From Mobula hypostoma (lineage: Eukaryota), in contig NC_086109.1 of assembly GCF_963921235.1 (NCBI RefSeq), forward strand, positions 7,132,001 through 7,196,000: a DNA stretch of 64,000 nt, given 5' to 3'. The translations under genes and the position numbers were made by a program. Positions 52,310-64,000 of the stretch are shown here, piece after piece (position 1 is the first letter of the stretch; the number at the start of each line of letters is the position of its first letter). The notes under the pieces were generated by a model. It had not been told where the DNA came from. It saw only the letters and a program-made list of their open reading frames with translations, and did not search any database.

Positions 52310-54846
52310 GGTCGGAAGGTGTTGAATTGGCATGGATGGAGCTAAGGAAAAAGATCCTGATAAGAGTTGTATACAGACCCCCAATCAGTAATAAGGATGT
52401 GGTCTACAAGTTACAATGGGAGATAGAAAATGCCTGCCAAAAGGACAATACTACTATAGTCATGGGGGATTTCAATATGCAGATGGATTGGGGAAGTCAG
52501 GTTGGTACAGGATCCCAGGAAGGAGAGTTTCTAGAATACCTATGATATGGCTTTTTAGAGCCACTAGGGGATGAGGCCACCTGAGGATTGGGTGTTGTGC
52601 ATTGAACCGGAATTGATTAGAGCGCTTAAGATAAAAGAACCCTCAGAGCAAGTGATCATAATATGATCGAATTCATCCTGAAATTTGAGAAGGAGAAGCT
52701 AAAGTCAGATGTACCAGTATTTCAGTGGAGTGAAGGGAATTACGGAGGCATGGGAGAGGAGTCGGCCAGAATTGATTGTTAAAGAACACTGGCAGGGATG
52801 ACGGCAGAGCAGCAATGGCTGGAATGTCTGGAAGCAATTCAGAAGACACAGTATATATTCATCCCAAAGAAGAAGAAGCATTTTAAAGGAAAGATGACAC
52901 AACCATGGCTAACAAGGTAAGTCAAATCAACATAGAAGCCAAAGAGAGGGTATACAATACAGCAAAAATTAGTGGGAAGTTAGGGGATTGGGAAGCTTTT
53001 AAATACCAAAAAAGGCAACTAAAAATAATTGACAAGGTAAAGGTTGACTACGAAAGTAAGCTAGTCAATAATATTAAGGAGTATACCAAAAGTTTCTTCA
53101 AAGACAAAGTGTAAGTGAGAGGCAAGAGTGGATTTCGGACTCCTGGAAAATGATGCTGGAGAGGTAGTAATGAGGGACATGAAAAAGGCAGATGAACTGA
53201 ATAAGTATTTTGCATCTGTCATCACTGTGGAAGCCACTGGCAGTTTGGTGGAAGTTCCAGATATCAGGGGTCATGAAGTGTGTGAAGTTACCATTACTAT
53301 AGTGAAGAAGAAAGGGAAACAGAAAGGTCTGAAGGTAGATAAGTCACCAGGATCAGATGGTGAACACCTCAGGGTTCTGAAATAGGTGGCTGAAGAGACT
53401 GTGGAGGCGTTAGTAATGATCTTTCAAGAGTCAATAGATTCTGGGATTGTTCCAGACAACAGGAACATTGTAAATATCACTCCACTCTTCAAGAAGGGAG
53501 AGAGGCAGAAGAAAGGTAATTTTCGGCCAGTAAGTCTGACCTTTGTGGTTGGGAAGATGTTGGAGTCGATTTTTAAGGATATGGTTTTGGGGTACTTGGA
53601 GGCACGTGATAAAATAGGCCATATTCAGCATGGTTTCCTTAAGGGAAAATCTTGCCTGACAAATCTGTTGGAATTCTTTGAAGAAATATCAAACAGGATA
53701 GACAAAGGAGAATCAGTTGATGTTGGGTACTTGGATTTTCAGAAGGCCTTTGACAAGGTGCCACAAGAGGCTGTTTAACCAGCTACAAGCCCATGGTATT
53801 ACAGTAGCTGACTGGTAGGAGACAAAGAGTGGGAATATAAGTAGCCTTTTCTTTTTGGCTGCCGGTGACTACTGGTGTTGGGACTGATGCTTTTCAATGG
53901 TTTGGATGATGGAATTGCAAAAGTTTGCAGATGGTATAAAGCTAGGTGGAGGGGCAGGTAGTTTTGTGGAAATAGGGAGGATACAGAAGGACTTAGACAG
54001 ATTAGGAGAATGGGCAAAGAAATGGCAGATGGAATACAGTGTTGGGAAATGTATGGTCATGCACTTTGGTAGAAGAAATGAAAGGGTTGACTATTTTCTA
54101 AATGGAGAGAAAATACAAAAATCTGAGGTGGAAAGGGACTTAGGAGTCCTTGTGCAGGATTCCCTAAAGGTTAATTTGTAAGTTGAGTCTGTGGTGAGGA
54201 AGGCAAATGTGATGTTAGCATTCATTTTGAGAGGACTAGAACGTAAAAGCAAGGATGTAATGTTGAGACTTTATAAAGCACTGGTGAGACCCCACTTGGA
54301 CCATTGTGAGCTGTTTTGGCCCCTTATCTCAGAAAGGATGTGCAGGCACTGGAGAGGGTTCAAAAGATGTTCACGAAAATGGTTCCAGACTAAATGGCCT
54401 GCCATACGAAGCGCGTTTGATGACTCTGGGCTGGAATTCACTGGAATTTAGCTGAATGAGGGGTGACCTAATTAAGGCCTAATGGTGAAAGGCTTTAATA
54501 GAGTAGATGTGGAGAGGATGTTTCCTACGTTGGGAGTGTCTAAGACCAGAGGACGCAGTGTCAAAATAGACGGGGGTGTTTAGAGAGATGAGGAGGAATT
54601 TCTTTCAGAGAGCGGTGAATCTGTGGAATTCATTGCCACAGGCAGCTGTGGAGGCCAAGTCACTGGGTATATTTAAGGCAGAGATTGATAGATTCTTGAC
54701 TGGTCAGTGCTTGAAGGATTATGGGGAGAAGGCAGGAGACTGGGACAGAGAGGAAAAATGGATCGGCTGTGATGAAATGGCGGAGCGGACTTGTTAGGCC
54801 AAATGGCCTAATTCTACTCCTGTACCTTATGGACTTATGGTCTTAT
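52310..54846 (+). mobile_element. Long decayed CR1 LINE ORF2 (endonuclease to RT) with 3' tail
   Basis: VYRPP, VMGDFN, KSPGSDG, NFRPVSLT, QHGFLKGKSCLTNLLEFF, KFADGIKLGG; cttatgg tail. Confidence 0.93.
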
Positions 54847-57800
54847 AAAAAACTATAAAATACAATAAATATATATAAGTAGTACAAAAAGAGAACAAAA
54901 ATAATGAGGTAGTGGTTCATTGTCCATTCAGAAATCTGATGGCAGAGGGGAAGAAGCTGTTCCTAAAACATTGAGTGTGTGTCTTCAGGCTCCTGTACCT
55001 CCTCCCTGATGGTAGCAATGATAAGTGGACATGTTCTGGGTGATCCGTTTTGATTTGGGAACCGGGTACCACTACATAATGAACCTTGGCGTGTCCACGC
55101 AGGATTTGGAAGTCCCCATTTGATCCAGATCGCCAAAAGTGTGTGTCACTCCCTCAGAGTGGAACTCGGGACCGAGCCTCACTCTCTGTGCACCGTCCCC
55201 GGAGAAGATCTCAAAACCACATCTTCCTGGCTGAGAGGTGCAAGTGTGGTCAAATCAGCCCTGGTAATAGGCAGATATAAATAAATTCCTTGTATTCAGC
55301 AACTAAGATTTTACTGTGCACCATGCAATAAAATCAGAATTACATCTATAAAGGAGCTGAGCTGTGCTTTTTTAATATCTTTAAACCACTGGGGGATTCC
55401 TTGCCCAGATTAGGAATTGGCCCCAACCATGTTAACTAGCTCCTCACCTTCCACGGTTAATTTCAACTCAACCAGGTAAGAATGAACGAGGTGGAAAGAA
55501 AGGATCAAAACTTTTTTTCCTTTTAGAGTATGAACATCTGGTTCTTTGGTGGACATCTGGGAAATTATAATGGGACACATCTGGTTAATACACCTGGAAT
55601 TTTGGAATTTTATCTACACTCACTCTCTCTCTCTTTCTAGGTTTCTTACTGTTGTTATAGCCAGGGGTGGTAATGGGGATAAGCTCGCACTACCTATTAA
55701 ATGTTCCCAATGGCGTGCGCCTCTGACAACCAAGTCCAGCTCCTGGCTTTTACAAGCAGAACTGTTTCTACTGAGAGGAGAAGTGGCAAGGGAGGGTTAC
55801 TGGTGCCTTAAAATAAGTCGCTTTGGGCAGATGGGGCTTGTTAGTCATGGTTGGAAGTTCTTCCAGGAGAAGGAAAACTCTGATCTCAAGCCTCTGTTCT
55901 CTTCCAGCTTTACTCATGCACAGGGAAGGCTTTGGGAGTAAATCCCAAGGAAAAATCTAGAGCTGGAGTCACTAAGGCAGTCCTATGCTGAGTTCAGTGA
56001 CACCGCTGGTGCCAAACTGCATTGGTCTCTGCCATTGACTTTATTTCACACATCGGTTGTGTGGAGAGGGGGAGCCTGTTGCATGAGCAATGGCCTGCTC
56101 TCCATATCGTACTGACCTGGCCTGTGTGCTGGCTTGCATATCACGTAGACAGCTGGGACACAACATCCATGGTCGACCTTGACCAACGGAGGTCGTCTCT
56201 AAAATCTACACTCTCAGTTTGCCATTGACTTTGTTTAGTTGTTTAGTGTCGGTGAGCCTGCGGGATTAATTGCCACAGGTGATGGTGGGGGCCAAGTCGT
56301 CAGGTATATTTAAAGTGGAGATTGATTGGTTCTTGATTATTAAGGTCATCAAAGGTTATGGGGATAAGGTAGAAGAATAGTGTTGAGGGAGATAATGAAT
56401 CAACCTTGATGGAATGGTAGAACAGACTTGATGGGGCAAATGGCCTAACTCTGCTCCTATGTTTTGCTATCTAATAGTCTATTCTGCCTATTATCTGTCT
56501 GCTATCTCCATTGAAAGTACTAATGAGTTAGTCCTATTTCTCTGACCTCTCCTTTTGGCACGGTAACTCTCTGATTTGAAGTAGTTCTCCAATCCTCTTT
56601 TCAAAGTTTCAATTGAATCTGTTTTAATTGCCTTTCTCTCTCGTTTTCTTCCTAGTTAATGAATGTAACTTTGATTATAAGTACTAATAAATAATATTAA
56701 GTATTCAGTAATAAAACTAGGCAGCAACCAGTCACAAAGAGACATTTGTGTTTGTTTGACTTTATACACTATTCCCAGTCTTTGATATATTACTGTAAAT
56801 ACAGTTGTTGAACGTTAGTGTAAATAGTTCAACCTTCATTTGATGAATTCATAAACGATGTCCCTACCTGTCTCTCAGGGGCTGAGCCTTCAAAAGGTGA
56901 GATTGTTGGATGGATGGGATCAACTCCGTGACTTCAGTCTGTTCAGGAGACCAAAACTCTACTCAGGGAAGAAGAAAACTAATCTTTCCTCCCACCACCT
57001 CAACTCGTACAGAGCGGACTCACTAAATAACACCCAAAATAACGGTATTCATATGGAAGTGATGAGTGCTGTACCAAAGCCAAAGGCAGGTTTTATTGCC
57101 TAGGTTGCTACTTAAATATTCAGCCCTGGGGTCTGCTGGGAAGGAAATCCCCCACCTCGTTCTCTCCTTCTAAAATTTCTGCAATTTTGTGTTTTTTTAA
57201 ATTTAGGTATCCATTAATCCATTAATGCTAGTTTCTTTAAAGAGGGTTATTCTACTTGATCTGGAAGGAGGGTGGCCAATGTCCAACACCACACAATGCG
57301 TCTCATGCAAAAAAAACCAACCACTCACCATGTGCCAAAACGACTCAGTAAAGTATTCTGCTGAAATTTTACAATCTAATTATATGCAGTCGTGCTTATG
57401 AAAATAATGAGCGTATCTCATCTCATCTCGTTAGTATCAGAGGGGAGGAATAAACAATCTTGTTAATGTGGTGGAAATATTGGTGATGGATTGGTGGTAA
57501 AGAGTGAGTTGGACTGTGGAGCTAAATAAACTATGAGCATATTTCTGAGGTTACCACCATAAAATGGAGGGCAGGCCGCTTCTCTGCTTCTCGTCTGCCC
57601 ATCACCTCCCTCGGGTCCCCTCCAATGTCATCTCCTATCAGATTCCTTCATCTTCAGCCCTTTACCTCTTCCCCCTATCACCTTTCAGCTTCTTACTTCA
57701 TCCCCCCTCTGCTCCACCAATCCGCCTTCACCCTCATCTGGTCTCACCTATCACCTGCCAGCTTGTACTCCACTCGCCTCCCAACCCACCATCCCCACAT

Positions 57801-57978
57801 CTTATTCTGGCCTCTGCCCCCTTCCTTTCCAGCCCAGTCTCAACCTAAAACATTGACTGCTTATTTCCCTGACCTCCTGAGTTCTTCCAGCATTATATGT
57901 GTGTGTGTGTTTGTGTGTGTGTTGCCTTAAGATTTCTACAGGACAGAAAATATCTGCTTCTGAAACCATCTATTTGAT

Positions 57979-58408
57979 ATACGAGGGGTGATTGATAGGT
58001 TTGTGGCCTAAGGTAGAAGGAGTCAATTTTAGAAAACCTAGCACGTTTATTTTTCAACATAGTCCCCTCCTACATATACACACTTAGTCCAGTGGTCGTA
58101 GAGCATACGGATCTTGGACCTCCAGAAAGTGTCCACAGCAGGGGTGATTGATAAGTTTGTGGCCTTAAGGTAGAAGGAGATGAGTTATACAGCTCTCGTT
58201 ACATGCACGTGCAGTTCAATTCTTTGAGTGATTATGCAGAAAGTTTGGTTAATAACTCATCATGGGTGATTGATAGGTTCATGGCCTAAGGTAGAAGGAG
58301 ATGAGTTATTAACTTCAAACTTTCTGTATGATCACTGAAAGAGTTGAACTGCATGTGCATGTAATGAGAGCTGTATAACTCATCTCCTTCTACCTTAGGC
58401 CACGAACT
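57979..58408. mobile_element. Mariner-like MITE cluster with nested copies
   Basis: TA-CGAGGGGTGATTGATA terminus; motif repeated near 57985, 58141 and 58264 and inverted near 58384-58408. Confidence 0.75.
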
Positions 58409-58409
58409 A

Positions 58410-59505
58410 GATTTAAGGAATGGACAGCTAAAGGAATAACAGTTCTTTGCAATATAATGAAAGAAGGAACACTGTTCAGTTTTGAAATGCTTAAAGAGAA
58501 ACACATTAGAAAAACAAGACTTTTATCAGTATCTACAGATGCAACAGTATGTAACCAAGGCAAGTACATGTTTGATAGAGCTATTTAGAAAAACAGATAA
58601 TTCAGATAACGGTAGAATCATTTCAAGCGTGTATAATGGTTTGCCAAATCTTAAAACACATTCGACTTCATACATTAAAACAAAATGGGAGAAGGAAGGA
58701 GGGATAATTATATCTGAAGAAGAATGGACAGTAATATGGAGGTATCAATGGAAGTGTACCAGTTCACAGAAATGGAGGGAGTTCGGGTGGAAAAACTTGA
58801 TAAGATATTTTATTTTGCCCTCTCAGAAATCCCATTATGATAGTAACCTCCCCGTTTGCTGGAGAAATTGTGGAAATCAAAATGCAAACCATTAGCATAT
58901 TTTCTGGGATTGCCCCGATTATCAAAGACTATTGGAGTGGGATACACAATGCCCTACAAGACATTTTTAAATGTGAAATACCCTTAGAAAGTAAGACCAT
59001 ATATGTTGGGTATGTACCTTAAGAATGGTTGAAAAGAGATAAATATTTAATGAACATACTGCTGGTGGCTGGTAAAAAGACTCTTACCAGGAAATGATTA
59101 TCACAGGAGAGCCCAACTTTAAACGCATGGATGGAAATTACAATGGACATTTACAAAATGGAGAAGATAACAGCATCTGTTAATCATAAGTTGGAACAAT
59201 TTGATTCATACTGGGAAAAATGGTTCAACTACATACATAACACCTCATAGCCCTGATTTTATTCTCACAAATCAATGAATATGTTGTAAAAAAAAAAGAT
59301 CACTCCCTATTTGTACATAGTTTTCTCCGTTTGCTTGTTCTTTCTTTCCTCTCTTTTCTATAGGTGTACACCTCAGATAAATATTATGTGGAGATTTGTG
59401 ACAAATATGATTATATGATATATATGTACAGTATCTGAAATACATCTTATGGAAATGTTTGTTTGATGATGAACTTCAATAAAAGATAAATTACAAAAAA
59501 AAGAA
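58410..59505 (+). mobile_element. L1/Tx1-clade LINE 3' end
   Basis: KTKWEKEGG..ISEEEW, CWRNCG..H.FWDCP zinc-finger remnant; AATAAA plus A-rich tail near 59478-59505. Confidence 0.85.
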
Positions 59506-59714
59506 ATATATATAAATTAAATTAGTTAAGGAGTGCAAAAAGAGATAAAAATACTGAGATGTTGAGACCCTGATGAAAGGTCTTAGCCCAAAATGTTGAC
59601 CGTTTATTCATCTCTATAGACTCTGCCCGACTTGCTGAATTCCTCCAGCATTTTTTGTGTGTTACTCTGGATTTCCAGCATCTGCAGAATCTCTTCTGTT
59701 TATAGTTCGTTGGT

Positions 59715-60220
59715 TAGTTCATTGTCCATTCAGAAATCTGATGGTGGAGGGGAAGATTCTGTTCCTAAACCATTGAGTTTGTGCCTTCAGGCTCCTATAC
59801 CTCCTCCCTGATGGTAGTGATGGGAAGAGGGCATGTCTTGGGTAAGGGAGGTCCTCAATGATGGATGCTGTCTTTTTGAGGCAGTGCCTTTTGAAGATGC
59901 TCTCGATGCTGGGGAGGCTAATGCATATAATGGAGTTGGCTGAGTTTGCAACTTTCTGCAACTTTTTCTGATCCTGTGTGGTGGCCCCCCCAAATACCAG
60001 GTGATGATGCGACCAGTTAGAATGCTGCACACCATACATCTGTAGAAAATTGCTAGAGTCTTTGGTAACATACCAAATTTCCTCAAACAACTAATAAAAT
60101 ATGGTCGATCATGTGCCTCCTTTGTAATTGTATCAATATGTTTGGCCCAGGAATGACCTTCAGAGACGTTGACACCCAGGAATTTGAAACTGCTCACTCT
60201 TTCCACTGCTGATCCCTTGC
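59715..60220 (-). mobile_element. Rex1/Babar LINE 3' fragment
   Basis: ERVSSFKFLGV and LPSGRRYRSLKAQT. Confidence 0.85.
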
Positions 60221-60569
60221 TGAGCTGGGATTAGACTGGACCAAGACTAGCTGGACCGTGTTAGGGCATATTCTGGAGTTAGGATATACAGCAAATATTA
60301 ACTTCAGCTACCAATTTTCAGACCTAAATATGGATTGTGGGTTGAATTCAAAATGCAGCTCGGAACAGTAAATTGCAGACCAGGAAACACCCACTTAATT
60401 GATAAAAGTCTGCCTAGATATGAATGTAAAATCAACACTCCATTGCATGAATGCGACTTAGACCACAATAACTAACACTTATTTTGGGTGTGTTGGTGGG
60501 ACGATCCAGGCACTTGAAAACTACATTGTAACTCAAAAGAAGTATTACTATCGCTGCATGGCCTTAGCA

Positions 60570-61522
60570 CTGCCATGTGCAGCCAGATTCAAGGAGAACC
60601 TGATCATTAAATTTGCAGATGATACCACAGTGGTGGGGCTCATCGGCAAAAATGATGAAACTATGTACAGGGAGGAGGTCAAACACCTAGAGAGCTGGTG
60701 CAGGGATAACAATTTGATGCTTAATGTCACCAAAACCAAGGAGATGATCGTCGATTTCAGACGGTCTCAAACTGAGCACACACCCCTCAGCATCAGCGGC
60801 TCCACAGTGGAGAGAGTGGAAAACATCAAGTTCCTTGGGGTGCAGATCTCGGACAATCTCACCTGGTCCAGGAACACCACTGGGATTGTGAAATGGGCCC
60901 AGCAGAGATTGCACTTTCTGAGGAAGCTTAAACAAACATCACTCTCCCCTAACATCTTAACTACATTCTACAGAGGCGTGGTTGAGAGTGTGCTGACCTT
61001 TTGCATCACAACCTGGTACTCCAGCTGCAGTGCTGTCGACAAAAAAGCCTTGCAGAGGGTGGTTAGGGGAGCAGAGAAGGTTATTGGGGTCTCCCTACCT
61101 TCTGTCCAAGACCTCTTTCAGAGTCGATGCCTCCAGAAGACATGGTACATCATTAAAGACCCCTCACATCCTCTCCATGAACTGTTTGTTCTTCTGCCAT
61201 CAGGCAAATGTTACAGGAGCATCAAAACTAAAACCAGAAGGCTACTAAACAGCTTCCTCCCACAGGCAGTCAGACTGCTAAATAGCTGCTCTACCTGACT
61301 CTGCTTTGGACACTTTTAACTTGCACTGGACACTTATAACTTCATTTTAACTGACATGTGGCTGTTGCGTTTTACCATTTATTGTTATGTTTATTATTTA
61401 GTGTTGTGTTTGTTATGTTATGATTGCACTGCTCCTGAGAAATGCTGACTCATTCTGCCCTGCAGAGCTGATGTATGGTTAGAATGACAATAAAGTTTTT
61501 TGAATCTTGAATCTTGAATCTT
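60570..61522 (+). mobile_element. Young 5'-truncated Rex1/Babar LINE
   Basis: Open 246-aa frame (IKFADDTTVVGLI...SFLPQAVRLLN); aataaa then (gaatctt)3 tail. Confidence 0.9.
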
Positions 61523-61598
61523 ATGAGTAAATTATAGGAATAGTCCTGTTACCCTCGTTCTTTAAAATATAAAAGTGTGCTGTAATGTTGGGTTGGAG

Positions 61599-61642
61599 AC
61601 TCTCTCTCTCTCTCTCTCTCATGACTCCAAAAAGCTGTCATC

Positions 61643-61686
<44 letters not shown>

Positions 61687-61689
61687 GTG
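61599..61689. repeat. (CT)n and (TG)n microsatellites
   Basis: Direct reading. Confidence 0.95.
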
Positions 61690-62699
61690 TCCTGACGAAA
61701 AGACTGTGTATTTCTGGTGACTTTGTTCACAACGCAACAACCTTTCCAGTGTAAAACTCAGTCCTGTGAGAGTGTTTCAGTAATGCTTGGAAGTAAGTAC
61801 AGAGGAGATGTCAAGGGTAAGTTTTTCACGCAGAGAGTGGTGAGTGCGTGAAATAGGCTGCTGGCGACGGTGGAGGCGGATACAATAGGGTCTTTTAAGA
61901 GACTCCTGGATGGGTACATGGAGCTTAGAAAAATAAAGGGCTGTGGGTAACCTTAGGTAATTTCTAAGTAAGTACATGTTCGGCACAGCGTTGTGGGCCG
62001 AAGGGCCTGTACTGTGCTGTAGGTTTTCTATGTTTCTATGAGTTGCTGAATTGAAATCTGAAGACAGAGGCCATTCTGATTTGTAAACTGGAAAACTGCT
62101 CACTGTTCTTATTCTTCCAAAACTTACCCCAAAATTAGGTATGGATGAAATACCAGAAATAAATACGTTGCCAACTAACACTTTTCATAATAACTGTGCT
62201 ATTGTTCTGTAGGAGCTCTGCTTTTCCTTGAGGGTCCAAATAAAATGTTTCGGTTTCCTGGACTCTGGAATTCAGGGAATTTCCAATTAAGATGTGGAGG
62301 CAGAGACTGGACAACCTCAATGTACGGAACTATCCAGACCATCTGCCTGACAATAAACAGTTGAAGGTTGTGCATTTACAGGCAATGAACTCAATGAAAC
62401 CAGTCGAACTGTGTTGCTGTGTTGGAGTCACTACCATCACTGGTCTGGTATGGAAACGCGAACGCCCAGGAGCGAAAAGGCGGTGGATACAGCCCAGTCC
62501 ATCACAGGCAAAGCCCTCCCCATCAGAATCAGAATCAGGTTTAATATCATCAGCATACGTCGAGAGATTTGTTGGCTTTGAAGCAGCAGTACAATGCAGT
62601 ACTTGATAATAGAAAAAAACACTGGGAATTACAGTAAGTGTATAATTGTGTGTAAGATAGTTAAATTAAATAAAGAAATACAAATATAGTGAGGTAGTG

Positions 62700-64000
62700 C
62701 TCCACTCCCTCCGCACTAATCTTAACCTCACCATCAAACCCGCAGATAAAGGGGATGCTGTAGTAGTCTGGCGGACTGACCTCAACCTTGCTGAGGCCCA
62801 GTGTCAACTCTCAGACACCTCCTCTTACTTACCTCTCCAACAGGACCCCTTCTAAGGAGCACCAGACCATTGTCTCCCACACCATCACTGACTTTATTAA
62901 CTCTGGGGATCTCCCATCCACTGCCAGCAAACTCATAGTCCCTTTACCCCTCACCTCCCGTTTCTACCTCCAACCCAAAATCCATAAAGCTGCCTGTCCA
63001 GGTAGGCCCATTGTTTCAGCTTGTTCCTAACCCACTTAACTCGTATCTGCATATCTCGACTTTATTTTATCCCTCTTGCTTCAGTCCCTTCCTATCTACA
63101 TCCGTAACACTTCACAGGCTCTTGACCTTTTCAATGATTTCAAGTTCCCTGGCCCCGATTATTTTATTTTCACTATGGATGTCCAGTCCCTGTACACCTC
63201 CATCCCTCTACAGGAAGGCCTCGAAGTTCTCTGTTTCTTTCTGGACACAAGACCCAACCAGTTCCCCTTCACCACCACCTTTTCCTCACTCTCAATGACT
63301 TCTCCTTTGGCTTCTCCCACTTCCTTCAAACAAAAGGTGTAGCCACGGGCACTTGCATGGGTCCCAGCTATGTCTGCCTGTTTGTCAGCTACGTGGAACA
63401 GTTTCTGTTCCAAGTCTTACACTAGTGACCGTCCCGCACTTTTCCTACATTACGTCGATGACTGCATTGGTGCTGTTTCCTGCACCCATGCGCAGCTCAT
63501 TGACTTCATCAACTTTGTCTTCAACTTCCACCCTGCCCTCAAATTAACCTGGTCCATTTCTGACACTTCACTTCCCTTTCTTGATCTCACTGTCTCTATC
63601 TCAGGAGACAGCTTATCTTCTGATGTCTATTATAAGCCCACTGACTCTCACAACGACCAGGAATATTCTTCTTCCCACCCTGTTACTTCCCCTTCTCTCA
63701 ATTCTTCCATCTCCACCGCATTTGCTTTTCATTCCAGAACTAAGGAGATGTCCTCCTCCTTCAAAGAAAGGGGCTTCCCTTCTTCCATCATCAATGCTGC
63801 CTCTCTTCCATTTTGTGTACATCTGCCCTCATCTCAATCTCCCACCACCTCCCCAGGGATAGGGTTCCTCTTGTCCTCATCTACCCGTCACCAACCACAT
63901 CTTTCCCTCCCCCCCCACCGACTTCCTGCTTTCCACGGGGATCACTCCCTACATGACTCCCTTGTCCATTTGTCCCTCCCTACCGATCTCCCTCCTGATC
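62700..64000 (+). mobile_element. Decayed Penelope-like RT fragment, related to 23078-24965, truncated by the window edge
   Basis: IKPADKGDAVVVW, PKIHKAACPGRPIVSACS, FTMDVQSLYTSIP with stops and frameshifts. Confidence 0.9.

Noticed and set aside
62128..62346. Minus-strand AG...GTAAGT-bounded segment as a possible ECM2-like exon
   Set aside because: Stop codons in the frames checked and no recognisable homology; no VWC or LRR exons found nearby.
62292..62395. LRR-like peptide RLDNLNVRNYPDHLPDNKQLKVVHLQ on the plus strand
   Set aside because: Lacks the conserved Asn spacing, has no convincing splice context and is on the opposite strand to the SLRP; likely coincidence.

Overview
Repeat-dense vertebrate genomic DNA. 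The CR1, Rex1/Babar, Penelope-like and tRNA-SINE content suggests a cartilaginous fish, probably a ray (inference). The only recognisable host gene is a class I small leucine-rich proteoglycan (decorin/biglycan/asporin family, with decorin-type exon sizes) on the minus strand. Four coding exons are visible (14273-14060, 8941-8824, 7227-7014, 218-105) and the gene runs off the left edge. It carries four independent lesions (broken donor, broken acceptor, 5-nt frameshift insertion, lost Cys-cluster cysteine) and looks like an unprocessed pseudogene. The rest is nested mobile DNA: a full-length decayed Gypsy element with TSD, an internally deleted LTR element with a gag-integrase fusion and an inverted RT insert, a Penelope-like element with an open RT/GIY-YIG frame, many CR1, Rex1/Babar and L1 fragments, SINEs, and hAT/Tc1/mariner MITEs. 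About ten copies of a minimal hammerhead ribozyme motif, of two types, ride on the Penelope-derived repeats, including a tandem pair 174 nt apart. Boundaries are read by eye and are approximate unless a TSD or splice site is quoted.
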